64,000 bases of DNA from an uncultured Rickettsiales bacterium. Lineage in GTDB: Bacteria; Pseudomonadota; Alphaproteobacteria; Rickettsiales; RI-342. Location: positions 396-64,395 of the forward strand of contig CAYSXY010000006.1 in the NCBI GenBank assembly GCA_964435165.1, read 5' to 3'. Positions 31,785 to 41,106 of the stretch are shown in pieces. Within the stretch, counting starts at the first letter, position 1; each line of letters begins with the position of its first letter. Position numbers and translations under genes: made by a program. The notes beneath the pieces were generated by a model. It did not search any database, was not told the DNA's origin, and worked only from the letters and a program-made list of their open reading frames with translations.

Positions 31785-34582
31785 AACGATTTTTGGGCCG
31801 CGCGCTTCGCCGTGTAGGCCTCTAACTCTTTGAGATCAATAATCGCATCTGCATTATCCAATTGGCCGACGATATTCAAATAAACCGATGGCAGGTCCGC
31901 CGCCGTTCGCGAGACTGGCCGAAACGCATAACGGCTATTGACCACCAGTGTCGGCATATCCAATGCCATGGTAAAGCTGCCATGGGTAAACTCGGTTTTA
32001 ACGAGTGCATTATGCATCTGCGCCTGACCGTCAGTGATAATTAAATTGCCGCGAATTTCCCTGAAACGAGTGCGCCCACCTGACAGCGCCTGCTCGCCCA
32101 CCACTTTGACATCATCCACCGTGCGAACGGTAAATACTCGGCGTGCAATGGCATTCGCTTCAAAACCGACAGCCTGCAAATTATCAGATTCGACCTGCAT
32201 ATTCGCATCCAGATTCCGGGCCATGGAGAGGTGAGACACACCTTGTGAAGATATCGTGCCCGAAAATTTGACCGGCCCCGAAAACGTATCTACATCCGTT
32301 TTGAGGGCCATGAGTTCGCCTATTTCAATGCCTTCGATCAATATATCGAAGACAAAAGAAGGAACCGATCCCCCCACAATGGTGCCGGTCAGGGCAATAT
32401 CTCCCCCCATGCCCTGCGCCATCATTTCCGTAATCGCCATCGAACGGTCTGATAAGGTACTCTTGAAGGTGACATTATCAAACGCCAGATCATCACTCAG
32501 CCGAAGCTTTTTAATTTCAAATGCAAAACTGCCATCCACCAGTTCCAGGAGATAAGTCGTGAGAGGCATATTTGACCAGACAGGCTCATAGCCATCATCC
32601 GATGCCATGTCATGGGCCGTGCCATCGCCGATAATGTTCCAGTCATCCGGGTTAGTGGACGCCGTAATCAGCTGCCGGAACAAGGACACATCAATCTGGT
32701 CACCAATCAGCACCAATCCCACGCGTGGACGCAATCTGCCTGTTTCCATTCGGTATTTTCCGGTCATCGCCATGCCATCAAACACGGCGCTAATCGTCTT
32801 GATGTTTAGTTTTCCCGGTTCAACCGTCATTCGCAATCGGGCCGATTCAACTGGCACCGAGCGAAACACGCCTGCTTCCAGCGACGCATTTAATTTGAGT
32901 ATCAGCGGAAAATTCACAAGCCACTGCGGTTTATCGCCATCCATCAACATTTTTTCGGGCTCAGTAGGGTCCGGCAATAAGTTATGGGCAACTAAATACT
33001 CGTCGATGTTAAGATTGTCCGATTTTGCCGTAATATCGAGTGTTGGGATATGTGGCTGCTCGTCATCATGCGTCGCTTCTTTAGGCCAAATGAGAGAGCC
33101 TGTACCGGTGATTTGATTGCCATCAATCGTCAAGCGGGCACCATTCAGGCTGATTTCCTGACGGTCAAATGTTATGCCGAAATCACCGTTAAACTCTTTT
33201 AATTTATCATCCGGTATGTGGGGGGCATGGATTTTCATCCATGATAAAAACTGGCGCAACGACGGGCCTTGTATTCTGGTCTTACCAACCAGGCGGAACC
33301 CACCGCTCAATTCCTGCACTTCACCCGTCATGATGGCGGCAACATCATATGGCAGCCTGGCAGCTGCCCGCGTTATATTCCAGCGCCCTCGCTCTAACAG
33401 GGCATTAAGGCGCACCGTTTCAATCGTTTCCTGCCCGAGCGTTAGATTGCGCCCTTCTAACCCCACTTCTATGGATGCCTGTTCGTTAAACAATGGCACA
33501 TGGTAGTCGCCGGTAAAGGTTAATGATTCTGATGCCTGCGAACGCTGATAGGCTTTCAGTGCATGCACCGTATCACTCACGATGGGAATGACCGCATTGA
33601 GATTGGCCCCTTCCAACCTCACGGAACTGCGCATTTCTAATGGCAGTGACATACGCGAAACCATATTGAGTGCAGCGTTCCATTGGGCTTCAGCATCCTG
33701 AATAGCTACATCGGTCAGCGATAAGACTTTGGCTTCGTAAGCAAATTTACCCTTTCCCTCAAAGGGGTTGTTATGTTGCGGCAAGCGGTTATCTGCCGTA
33801 AAGGCTGGAAACAATCCTGGCAGAAAAGCCAGACTGGTCATATTCGCGGCAAACTCGCCTTGTGCCTGCACCGCATTGCCGATCAATCGCTTTTGACCCG
33901 TCAACTCAAGTGATGATCCGTCATGCATCACGCTCAGAGAAAATGGCAACGTATCACCGTCATCGCCTTCAATCCCAACACTGCCCTCCAACCTTATATC
34001 GAGTTCGCGTATGGGCAGCGTGCCACGCACTTCCAAAGCACCCGGCGTATGACGCGCATCCAGTATTAACTCAGGTATCTGAAATGTCTCGCGCTGGCGA
34101 CGTGACTTAAGCATCACCACCGATCCGTCGGTGATATGCACGGGAATCTGAAATGTTTGATTGAGAAAGGCATGAATGGATTGCGGCTTGCCTTGCTGCT
34201 GTTCGCGCAATACGGCTAGTTTGCTGCCTTTTCTCTGCTTTCGAATCAGTATTTCTGGCTGATCAAGCGCCAGTGTAACTGATGAGAGAGCATCGCCGCC
34301 AAAGAGAAGTGCGCCATATGAATAGCGAATGGTAAGATCAGGCAGGGTGATGGTTGCCTCGCCAAACGGCGTCAATGTTTCGATGGTGATATCGTATAAG
34401 GTGAGCGATGGGCTGAACCAGAATGTGCCATCATACTCACCGGAATAGATCACCGATCCGCCCATCTGCTCTTCCAGTGTGGCGGCCACTTCATTCGCCC
34501 GATCACTCCACGAGACCAGCATTGGGAGCAGGATAACCACCAGCACTAGGGGGATAATCGCTATAATCAGCTTTTTTTTCAT
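31781..34582 (-). CDS. AsmA-family outer-membrane biogenesis protein (933 aa)
   Basis: N-terminal anchor MKKKLIIAIIPLVLVVILLPMLV followed by a long beta-rich periplasmic region, the size and architecture of the AsmA family (judged by eye). Confidence 0.65.
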   Translation of the reverse strand: MKKKLIIAIIPLVLVVILLPMLVSWSDRANEVAATLEEQMGGSVIYSGEYDGTFWFSPSLTLYDITIETLTPFGEATITLPDLTIRYSYGALLFGGDALSSVTLALDQPEILIRKQRKGSKLAVLREQQQGKPQSIHAFLNQTFQIPVHITDGSVVMLKSRRQRETFQIPELILDARHTPGALEVRGTLPIRELDIRLEGSVGIEGDDGDTLPFSLSVMHDGSSLELTGQKRLIGNAVQAQGEFAANMTSLAFLPGLFPAFTADNRLPQHNNPFEGKGKFAYEAKVLSLTDVAIQDAEAQWNAALNMVSRMSLPLEMRSSVRLEGANLNAVIPIVSDTVHALKAYQRSQASESLTFTGDYHVPLFNEQASIEVGLEGRNLTLGQETIETVRLNALLERGRWNITRAAARLPYDVAAIMTGEVQELSGGFRLVGKTRIQGPSLRQFLSWMKIHAPHIPDDKLKEFNGDFGITFDRQEISLNGARLTIDGNQITGTGSLIWPKEATHDDEQPHIPTLDITAKSDNLNIDEYLVAHNLLPDPTEPEKMLMDGDKPQWLVNFPLILKLNASLEAGVFRSVPVESARLRMTVEPGKLNIKTISAVFDGMAMTGKYRMETGRLRPRVGLVLIGDQIDVSLFRQLITASTNPDDWNIIGDGTAHDMASDDGYEPVWSNMPLTTYLLELVDGSFAFEIKKLRLSDDLAFDNVTFKSTLSDRSMAITEMMAQGMGGDIALTGTIVGGSVPSFVFDILIEGIEIGELMALKTDVDTFSGPVKFSGTISSQGVSHLSMARNLDANMQVESDNLQAVGFEANAIARRVFTVRTVDDVKVVGEQALSGGRTRFREIRGNLIITDGQAQMHNALVKTEFTHGSFTMALDMPTLVVNSRYAFRPVSRTAADLPSVYLNIVGQLDNADAIIDLKELEAYTAKRAAQKSF

Positions 34583-34946
34583 CCATCAACCACCTAGGCA
34601 GGTTATGCAGATGCACAAAGGGCACCGGGCGCGATTCGATCACTGCGCTCAACGACAATGATGATCATAGCACATATGCCGACAATAGAACATGCGTTCA
34701 CATCGCTGTCAGTGCCATCCTATACTCACCAATAACTGAATAACGCATTATATGATATTACACCATTACTCAATATGCAGTAATATTTGATAATCTTATC
34801 ACTATATTTTGATTAGTCATATGCTTTGTGCTATTGGTAGCATTGGCAATGTATATGAATCATATATATGTGTGACCCGGGTGCCAACAACGACATTTCA
34901 GGCCGATAATGAGTATGATGCAACGCTTTAAGGCTGGCCCTGACTC

Positions 34947-36173
34947 ATGACCATCCATTCTTTTTTTAATGATGCCGAAGTGCGACTGGTCGAGACACTG
35001 TCCACGCTTCGTGATGATACCATTGGCTGGCGCGTTGTCCATTTGCGCTTCAGCCGGTTGGGCGAACAATATAAAAGTGATTATCAAGCGCGGATTGCTG
35101 CCAGCATCATTGCCGATTTTATGAAAGATGCCGAAGGCTATATTTATGTCTGTTGGGATTTTGACATTTTTGTGATTTGCAAAGGTGTTACCAAACAACT
35201 GATTGATAAAACGATTTTCCGTCTACGCTACCTGTTTACGGACGATCCCCTAGCCTATGGACAGGATGGTGAGGAAAACCCCGCTTTCTGCTCTATTTAT
35301 GACCTCAGTGTGGCCTGGGGCAATGTCAATGATTTGGCGAAAACAAAACTGGTCGAAGCCAGCAAACGCGATGTGCTCTCCCGCCGGGCGACGGTAAGGC
35401 TCGGTGAAGATGAGAAAATCCGTCCACTCACACCGGACAGGCTGAGCAGTATTACCAAAGATATCGAAACAGCCGATCTCAGCCGCGTGATGCGGCGTCA
35501 GCCTATTTGTGCTGCGGTACGCGGCAGTAAACAGATTCGCCGCGTCTTTGATGAATTTTACATCAATATTGCTCATTTGCGGCGGCTGGTCATGGCCAAT
35601 GTCGATTTTTTGAGCAATCGCTGGCTGTTCAAATATATGACCGAGATTCTGGATGCCAAAATGCTGGATATGCTCTCGCGCCGTCCGGCCGATTATTTTG
35701 ATCGCCCGATCAGTCTCAACCTCAATGTCGACACACTCTTATCGGATAAATTTGCAGCCTTTGATGAGGCGATCAAGCCGTCGATCAAAGTGTCGATTGT
35801 CATCGAAATTCAGGCATCCGACGTGTTTGCCGATATGTCGGCGTTTCTGATCGCCCGGGAGATGGTACAAAAAATGGGCTACCGTGTCTGCCTTGACGGA
35901 CTGACCGATAAAAGCTTTCCGCTACTGGATCGTGAAGAGTTGGGCTTTGATCTGGCTAAAATCCAGTGGAACACTGACCTGATCGCCGACACCTCATCAA
36001 ATCACAGCAAAAAACTGATCAAAATGATCAAACAATGCGGGGCAAACCGCATTATCCTGTGTCGGTGCGACACGGATGAAGCGCTGAGCTATGGCCATCA
36101 ATTCGGGATTTCCCTTTTCCAAGGGCGTTATCTTGATTCGGTGCTTAATCCCGATGCCAAAGTCGTGAACTAG
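34947..36173 (+). CDS. Degenerate GGDEF-like / EAL-like domain protein (probably non-catalytic)
   Basis: The C-terminal half follows EAL landmarks (RRQPI, NLNV, IVIEIQ, CLDGLT, LAKIQ, FQGRY) but lacks several catalytic acidic residues. In the N-terminal half, WDFDIFVI stands where GGDEFavl would be. Confidence 0.6.
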   Translation: MTIHSFFNDAEVRLVETLSTLRDDTIGWRVVHLRFSRLGEQYKSDYQARIAASIIADFMKDAEGYIYVCWDFDIFVICKGVTKQLIDKTIFRLRYLFTDDPLAYGQDGEENPAFCSIYDLSVAWGNVNDLAKTKLVEASKRDVLSRRATVRLGEDEKIRPLTPDRLSSITKDIETADLSRVMRRQPICAAVRGSKQIRRVFDEFYINIAHLRRLVMANVDFLSNRWLFKYMTEILDAKMLDMLSRRPADYFDRPISLNLNVDTLLSDKFAAFDEAIKPSIKVSIVIEIQASDVFADMSAFLIAREMVQKMGYRVCLDGLTDKSFPLLDREELGFDLAKIQWNTDLIADTSSNHSKKLIKMIKQCGANRIILCRCDTDEALSYGHQFGISLFQGRYLDSVLNPDAKVVN

Positions 36174-36928
36174 CGGCATTCCACCTGAATGCTGTACGGC
36201 GAGTGTTTATCGCCAAATTGAATGACATGGGCCCCTTTTTCCAGCGGCGCTTTGAACGATATTTTACCTTTACCGATTGCCTGCCCATCCACAATCGTGC
36301 CGTGGCGGCTTCCGCGATCCACCGCATAGGCAATATTATCATCCTGAATTTCAATGATGAGATGATTTTTGGAGATGAGTAGTGGCGGGCCCTCGCAAGG
36401 AAGCGACAGGTGATTATTGCTGGCCGGGCGAACGACATCGGATTCTTCATTCAGATGTCCGCCAACCCGGAATGGTAGCTGAGCAACCGAGACTGTCATG
36501 CTGTCAAACGCACCGTCCAACGCTTCGCCAAAAGGGGTGACCACCATCTCATCAAAATCACATTCCACAATCGTTTTCGCCTGTTCTTTTTCCGTCAGGC
36601 GCTGACTGGTCTGGCGCAGGCGATCAAAGACGGTGCGAATAATCGGCTGCACCTGCACCGGACATTGCTGCAATAGCTGTTCCAGCTCCTGCGCGCCAAT
36701 CACATCTACGATTGCCGGTTCTAATACGCGTACACTGGCCGATCTGGGTGCTTCTTCAAACAACCCCATCTCGCCGAACACCGAACCTGCCGGTAATTCA
36801 GCCAGTTGCACATCGCCATGTGCCGCTTTTTTCAAGACTTCCACTTTACCTTGCTTGAGAAAATAGGCCACATCGCTTGCATCGCCTTCCTTAAAGATCA
36901 ACTGCCCAACATCGAATGATTTTTCCAT
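36170..36928 (-). CDS. Cyclic-nucleotide-binding domain + FHA domain protein
   Basis: N-terminal cNMP-binding pattern (FKEGD...FGEMGLFEEAPRSASV). C-terminal FHA pattern (FRVGG...ISKNHLIIEI...DRGSRHGTIVDGQAI). GGGAGGA SD sits directly after the glmS stop. Confidence 0.75.
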   Translation of the reverse strand: MEKSFDVGQLIFKEGDASDVAYFLKQGKVEVLKKAAHGDVQLAELPAGSVFGEMGLFEEAPRSASVRVLEPAIVDVIGAQELEQLLQQCPVQVQPIIRTVFDRLRQTSQRLTEKEQAKTIVECDFDEMVVTPFGEALDGAFDSMTVSVAQLPFRVGGHLNEESDVVRPASNNHLSLPCEGPPLLISKNHLIIEIQDDNIAYAVDRGSRHGTIVDGQAIGKGKISFKAPLEKGAHVIQFGDKHSPYSIQVECR

Positions 36929-36944
36929 CGCTTCTCGTCCTCCC

Positions 36945-38768
36945 TTACTCTACCGTCACTGACTTGGCGAGGTTACGCGGTTGATCGACATCCGTCCCCT
37001 TTTGCAGCGCCACATGGTACGCCAGAAGCTGAATTGGCAGAGCATACAGCAACGGCGAGAGCATGGGATGACAGGGTGGCAAGGTGATTGCATCGGCGAT
37101 GTAATCCTGCAGCCGCTCCGCTCCTTCCTTACCACCCAGTAAGATCACACGACCGCCGCGCGCGACGACTTCCTGCAAATTCGACGCCGTTTTTTCAAAC
37201 AGTTCATCCGGCGGTGCAATCACAATGACCGGAACTAATTCATCGATCAATGCAATCGGACCATGTTTTAACTCTCCGGCAGCGTAAGCTTCGGCATGAA
37301 TATAGGAAATTTCTTTCAGCTTTAAGGCGCCTTCTAATGCGATGGGGAAGCTCACCCAGCGGCCGATATAGAGAATATCCTGCGCATCGGCAAGGCTCAT
37401 AGCGATTTCGGCAATTTTCTCCTGCCCTGCCAGCACTTGCGACATTACGGCGGGAATTTCTGCCAGCGCATGCGCCAGGCGCCGACTTTCCTCTTTGGCA
37501 AGCGCCCCCCGCTGCTCGGCCAATGCCAGCGCAAGGCAGGCCAGCACCGTCAACTGGGCGGTGAATGCTTTTGTCGATGCGACACCGATTTCCGGCCCGG
37601 CATAGGTGCGCAAGACCATCTCGGCTTCCCGGGCCATCGAACTTTCCGGCACATTGACCAGCGCAATCGTATCCTGATTCTGTTCCTTTGCCAGTCGAAG
37701 GGCAGCCAGCGTATCGGCAGTTTCCCCCGATTGAGAAATACACAAGAACAAGCCATTTTCCGGCAGCACGGGATTACGATAACGAAATTCCGAGGCAATA
37801 TCCACATCCACCGGCAGGCGGCACCATTGTTCAATCCAGTATTTCGCTACCATCCCCGCGTAATAAGACGTACCGCAGGCAACGATACTGAGACGGCTGA
37901 TCGACTTTGCATCAAATGGTAACTCCGGCAACGAGACATCATGTGTCACCGGGTGATAATAGGCCCCTAGCGTCTCGCCGATCACCCCGGGCTGCTCATG
38001 AATTTCCTTGAGCATAAAATGGCGGTAGCCTTCCTTGCCTACCGCCGCACCGGAGACCGCCGAGGTGACAACCGGACGCGATACTTCGTCATTAGCACGA
38101 TTAAAGATGGTCATGCCGTCGCGTGTGATTTCTGCCCAGTCGCCTTCTTCCAGATAACAGATGCGGTTACTAAGCGGCGCCAGAGCAATGGCATCAGAGG
38201 CAATGTACATCTCGTCCTGGCCGATGCCTATGGCCAGTGGAGAGCCTTTGCGCGCCGCAAACAATCTGTCCGGTGCAGAGCGAATCATTACACCCAGGGC
38301 AAACGCACCATCTATACGCTCTAAGGTCTGCTGCACTGCCTCGCGTGGTGAATTGCCTTGCGACAGATAATGTGTGACCAAAATGGGGATGGTTTCGGTA
38401 TCCGTTTCTGAATCAAACGAATAACCTGCCGCTGAGAGTTCATCACGCAATTCCTGAAAATTCTCGATAATGCCATTATGCACCACCGCAACATCTTCTG
38501 TCATATGTGGGTGTGCATTGATCTCATTGGGCGCACCATGCGTTGCCCAGCGCGTATGGCCAATCCCGAGCACGCCATCCAATGGCTCCTGCATTAAGGC
38601 CTTTTCCAGATGACGCAACTTGCCTTCGGCTCGGCGACGTTCCAGCCGATCATGATTCAATACCGCAATCCCTGCGGAGTCATAGCCGCGATATTCCAGC
38701 CGCCGTAATCCATCCAGCAGTTTTTCGCTCACAGGATCCTTGCTGATAATGCCTACTATACCGCACAT
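36945..38768 (-). CDS. glmS: Glutamine--fructose-6-phosphate aminotransferase
   Basis: MCGIVG Ntn-Cys start, two SIS domains, C-terminal KSVTVE. Confidence 0.95.
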   Translation of the reverse strand: MCGIVGIISKDPVSEKLLDGLRRLEYRGYDSAGIAVLNHDRLERRRAEGKLRHLEKALMQEPLDGVLGIGHTRWATHGAPNEINAHPHMTEDVAVVHNGIIENFQELRDELSAAGYSFDSETDTETIPILVTHYLSQGNSPREAVQQTLERIDGAFALGVMIRSAPDRLFAARKGSPLAIGIGQDEMYIASDAIALAPLSNRICYLEEGDWAEITRDGMTIFNRANDEVSRPVVTSAVSGAAVGKEGYRHFMLKEIHEQPGVIGETLGAYYHPVTHDVSLPELPFDAKSISRLSIVACGTSYYAGMVAKYWIEQWCRLPVDVDIASEFRYRNPVLPENGLFLCISQSGETADTLAALRLAKEQNQDTIALVNVPESSMAREAEMVLRTYAGPEIGVASTKAFTAQLTVLACLALALAEQRGALAKEESRRLAHALAEIPAVMSQVLAGQEKIAEIAMSLADAQDILYIGRWVSFPIALEGALKLKEISYIHAEAYAAGELKHGPIALIDELVPVIVIAPPDELFEKTASNLQEVVARGGRVILLGGKEGAERLQDYIADAITLPPCHPMLSPLLYALPIQLLAYHVALQKGTDVDQPRNLAKSVTVE

Positions 38769-38907
38769 AATATAGTTCCTTTAACGCTTCCACCCAGCCT
38801 TAACGCAGCTTTATTAAAAGAGCATTGCGGCAAAAAATAGCAAAACTTGGCACAGATAGTCGTAATCCCTTTCTTTTTGTCATAAAATTGACATCTGATG
38901 ACAGTAT

Positions 38908-39762
38908 ATGTCCCGCCAACGAACAATAAGAAAGTGTGAATTCATGCCTGCACCGATTGAAGATTTTAACATTCAGCTCACGATTAACTATGCCGCCTCA
39001 TATGACGCTATACGCCATCATGTGCGCCAGCATCTGGAGCGTAGCAATCTCAGTGCGCTTCGCAGCAACCCGACCGAGGTGATAAACGCCGCCTGCGAAG
39101 CGGGCTATGGGCTGGTGCAGCAAAGCCTGCAAGGACAAACCGATCATATTATTATGCTTAATATGGCCGGGGTGATGAAAGCCGTTGAGGAATGGGCAGA
39201 AGCAAAAGCACCTCAGGAAATGCCACCTGGCTATCAAAATCGGAAAGGGGTCACGATTGTCAGTCCGGTGCTCAACCTCGTGCGGAGCCATGCTGTGCAA
39301 ACCGCACTGGATTATATTGAATCACGCCTGCGGCAAGGGCATGGCATTCCGCGCACCCTTGATGAAGCACTCACACAGGCCAAGGCCCACCGTGCCAGTC
39401 GACCATCACAACAACAGGGTAAGGCAGGTGGACTGAGTATCGTCGAGCCGCCGATAAGCGAAGGTGATACTATGGCCTCTCGCCCAGTGAGTGATGACGC
39501 ATTAGACGCTAAATTAGATGCAATTATGGATCGAGCTCAACGCAACGATCTTATGTATCGAGCGCAATGGGTCTCGGGCGCGCAACAAGCTATTGAACAA
39601 ATTGAATCCGATGTTGGCCGCGCCCACCAGGAGGTGATGGCGGGAATGACGACGGTGATGAATACCGCTATGTTGACGCAGGCGTTGCAAGCCGCTGAAG
39701 ATGCCAATACGGCTCCCGGGCTTACCAGCGATCAGACACGTCCTACGGGGAAAAATAAATAG
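38908..39762 (+). CDS. Hypothetical protein, 284 aa (ORFan-like), between glmS and glmU on the opposite strand
   Basis: Clean ORF (alternative ATG at 38944). No TM segment or signal peptide, Gln/Ala-rich C-terminus, no motif recognised. Confidence 0.5.
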   Translation: MSRQRTIRKCEFMPAPIEDFNIQLTINYAASYDAIRHHVRQHLERSNLSALRSNPTEVINAACEAGYGLVQQSLQGQTDHIIMLNMAGVMKAVEEWAEAKAPQEMPPGYQNRKGVTIVSPVLNLVRSHAVQTALDYIESRLRQGHGIPRTLDEALTQAKAHRASRPSQQQGKAGGLSIVEPPISEGDTMASRPVSDDALDAKLDAIMDRAQRNDLMYRAQWVSGAQQAIEQIESDVGRAHQEVMAGMTTVMNTAMLTQALQAAEDANTAPGLTSDQTRPTGKNK

Positions 39763-39769
39763 TTATAAA

Positions 39770-41104
39770 TCAGGAGCGCTTTTTTGCCCGAAATTGCGCG
39801 GCGTGATTGTCTATATTCACCTGGCGGCCACGAGCAATTGCCGTGTTATCTGCTGGCACATCTTCCGTGATGGTACTGCCCGCGCCCACCATCGCCCCTT
39901 TGCCGACGGTGACTGGCGCAACCAAGGCGCTGTTGGAACCGATAAAGACGCCATCTTCCATCACGGTTGTGAATTTATCGTAGCCATCATAATTGCAGGT
40001 GATGGTTCCTGCACCGACATTGACCCCCTGCCCGATGCTGGCATCGCCAATATAACTCAAATGGCTAATCTTGGAGCCATCGCCAACGCGTGACTTCTTG
40101 ATCTCGACAAAATTGCCGATATGGGCATTGGGGCCGATATCAGCCCCCGGTCTTAAGCGGGCATACGGCCCCATGGTGGTGCCAGTGCGCACACAACATT
40201 GTTCCAAATGTGAAAATGAACGGATCTCGACGTGATCCTCCACCTGCACGCCCGGACCAAAGACGACATGCGGGTGAATGACAATATCCTGACCTAACAT
40301 CGTGTCTTTGCAGAAAAAGACCGTCTCAGGGGCAACCAACGTCACTCCACTTTCCATCGCCGCCTGCCGAAGACTGGACTGCAAGATTGCCTCCATCTCC
40401 GCCAACTGCATACGACTATTCACGCCCATCAGTGCTTGCGGATGGGCAGTGATCACCCCGCAGCTCATTTCTGCGTCATTGGCCAGCCCAATAATATCCG
40501 TCAGGTAATATTCACCACTGGCATTGTCATTATCCACCTTTTCAAGCAGCGGCCACAGCACCTCGCCTTTGGCGGCAATGACACCGGAATTGCAGCGTGT
40601 TATCGCCAGTTCCTGCGGTGAAGCATCTTTTTGCTCAACGATACGCACCAGCTTCTCATCCTGCATCACCAACCGGCCATAACCGGTTGGATCATCAAGT
40701 TCCATCCCGATCACTACCACTTCATGGCGATCCAGAGAGGCAATAGCCGACTGGATGATGTCTGTCGTAATCAACGGCGTGTCACCGTAGAGAATAATCA
40801 CCGGGCCACCATAAGCCTGCATGGATTCTTTTGCTGCCATCACCGCATCCGCCGTTCCGGCCTGCCGTTCCTGCACAGCGCAACTCACTTTATTATTTGC
40901 GGCTTCCGCTTCTGCCCTCACATTCTCCATCTCTGGCCCGATAACACAGGTCAATTTCTCTGGTGAGAGTGAGAGAGCCGTATCCAACACATGGCGCAGC
41001 ATGGTTTGCCCAGCCAGCCGGTGAAGCACCTTCGGCATGGCGGATTTCATCCGGGTTCCTTTACCCGCCGCCAGGATAATGGCGGCAAATGCAGATGATG
41101 TCAT
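39770..41104 (-). CDS. glmU: Bifunctional GlcNAc-1-P uridyltransferase / GlcN-1-P acetyltransferase
   Basis: N-terminal LAAGKGTRMKS, C-terminal left-handed beta-helix hexapeptide repeats. Start lies 2 nt after the ftsK stop. Confidence 0.93.
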   Translation of the reverse strand: MTSSAFAAIILAAGKGTRMKSAMPKVLHRLAGQTMLRHVLDTALSLSPEKLTCVIGPEMENVRAEAEAANNKVSCAVQERQAGTADAVMAAKESMQAYGGPVIILYGDTPLITTDIIQSAIASLDRHEVVVIGMELDDPTGYGRLVMQDEKLVRIVEQKDASPQELAITRCNSGVIAAKGEVLWPLLEKVDNDNASGEYYLTDIIGLANDAEMSCGVITAHPQALMGVNSRMQLAEMEAILQSSLRQAAMESGVTLVAPETVFFCKDTMLGQDIVIHPHVVFGPGVQVEDHVEIRSFSHLEQCCVRTGTTMGPYARLRPGADIGPNAHIGNFVEIKKSRVGDGSKISHLSYIGDASIGQGVNVGAGTITCNYDGYDKFTTVMEDGVFIGSNSALVAPVTVGKGAMVGAGSTITEDVPADNTAIARGRQVNIDNHAAQFRAKKRS

Positions 41105-41106
41105 GA

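Noticed and set aside
34600-34660. Possible c-di-GMP (GEMM) riboswitch upstream of the EAL-like gene (gcacaaagggcaccggg).
   Set aside because: There is only a superficial ACAAAG-like resemblance. I could not find the paired P1/P2 helices or the conserved tetraloop-receptor features. The segment is also ~300 nt from the start codon.
34742-34770. dif-like sequence acgcatta-tatgat-attacaccatt near the AT-rich spacer.
   Set aside because: The left arm matches CGCATAA at 6/7, but the XerD arm matches TTATGTTAAAT at only about 4/11. The XerD arm is normally the best conserved part.
38769-38907. glmS ribozyme upstream of glmS.
   Set aside because: The glmS ribozyme is known mainly from Gram-positive bacteria. 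This 139-nt AT-rich leader shows no recognisable nested pseudoknot core, but a covariance-model scan was not possible.
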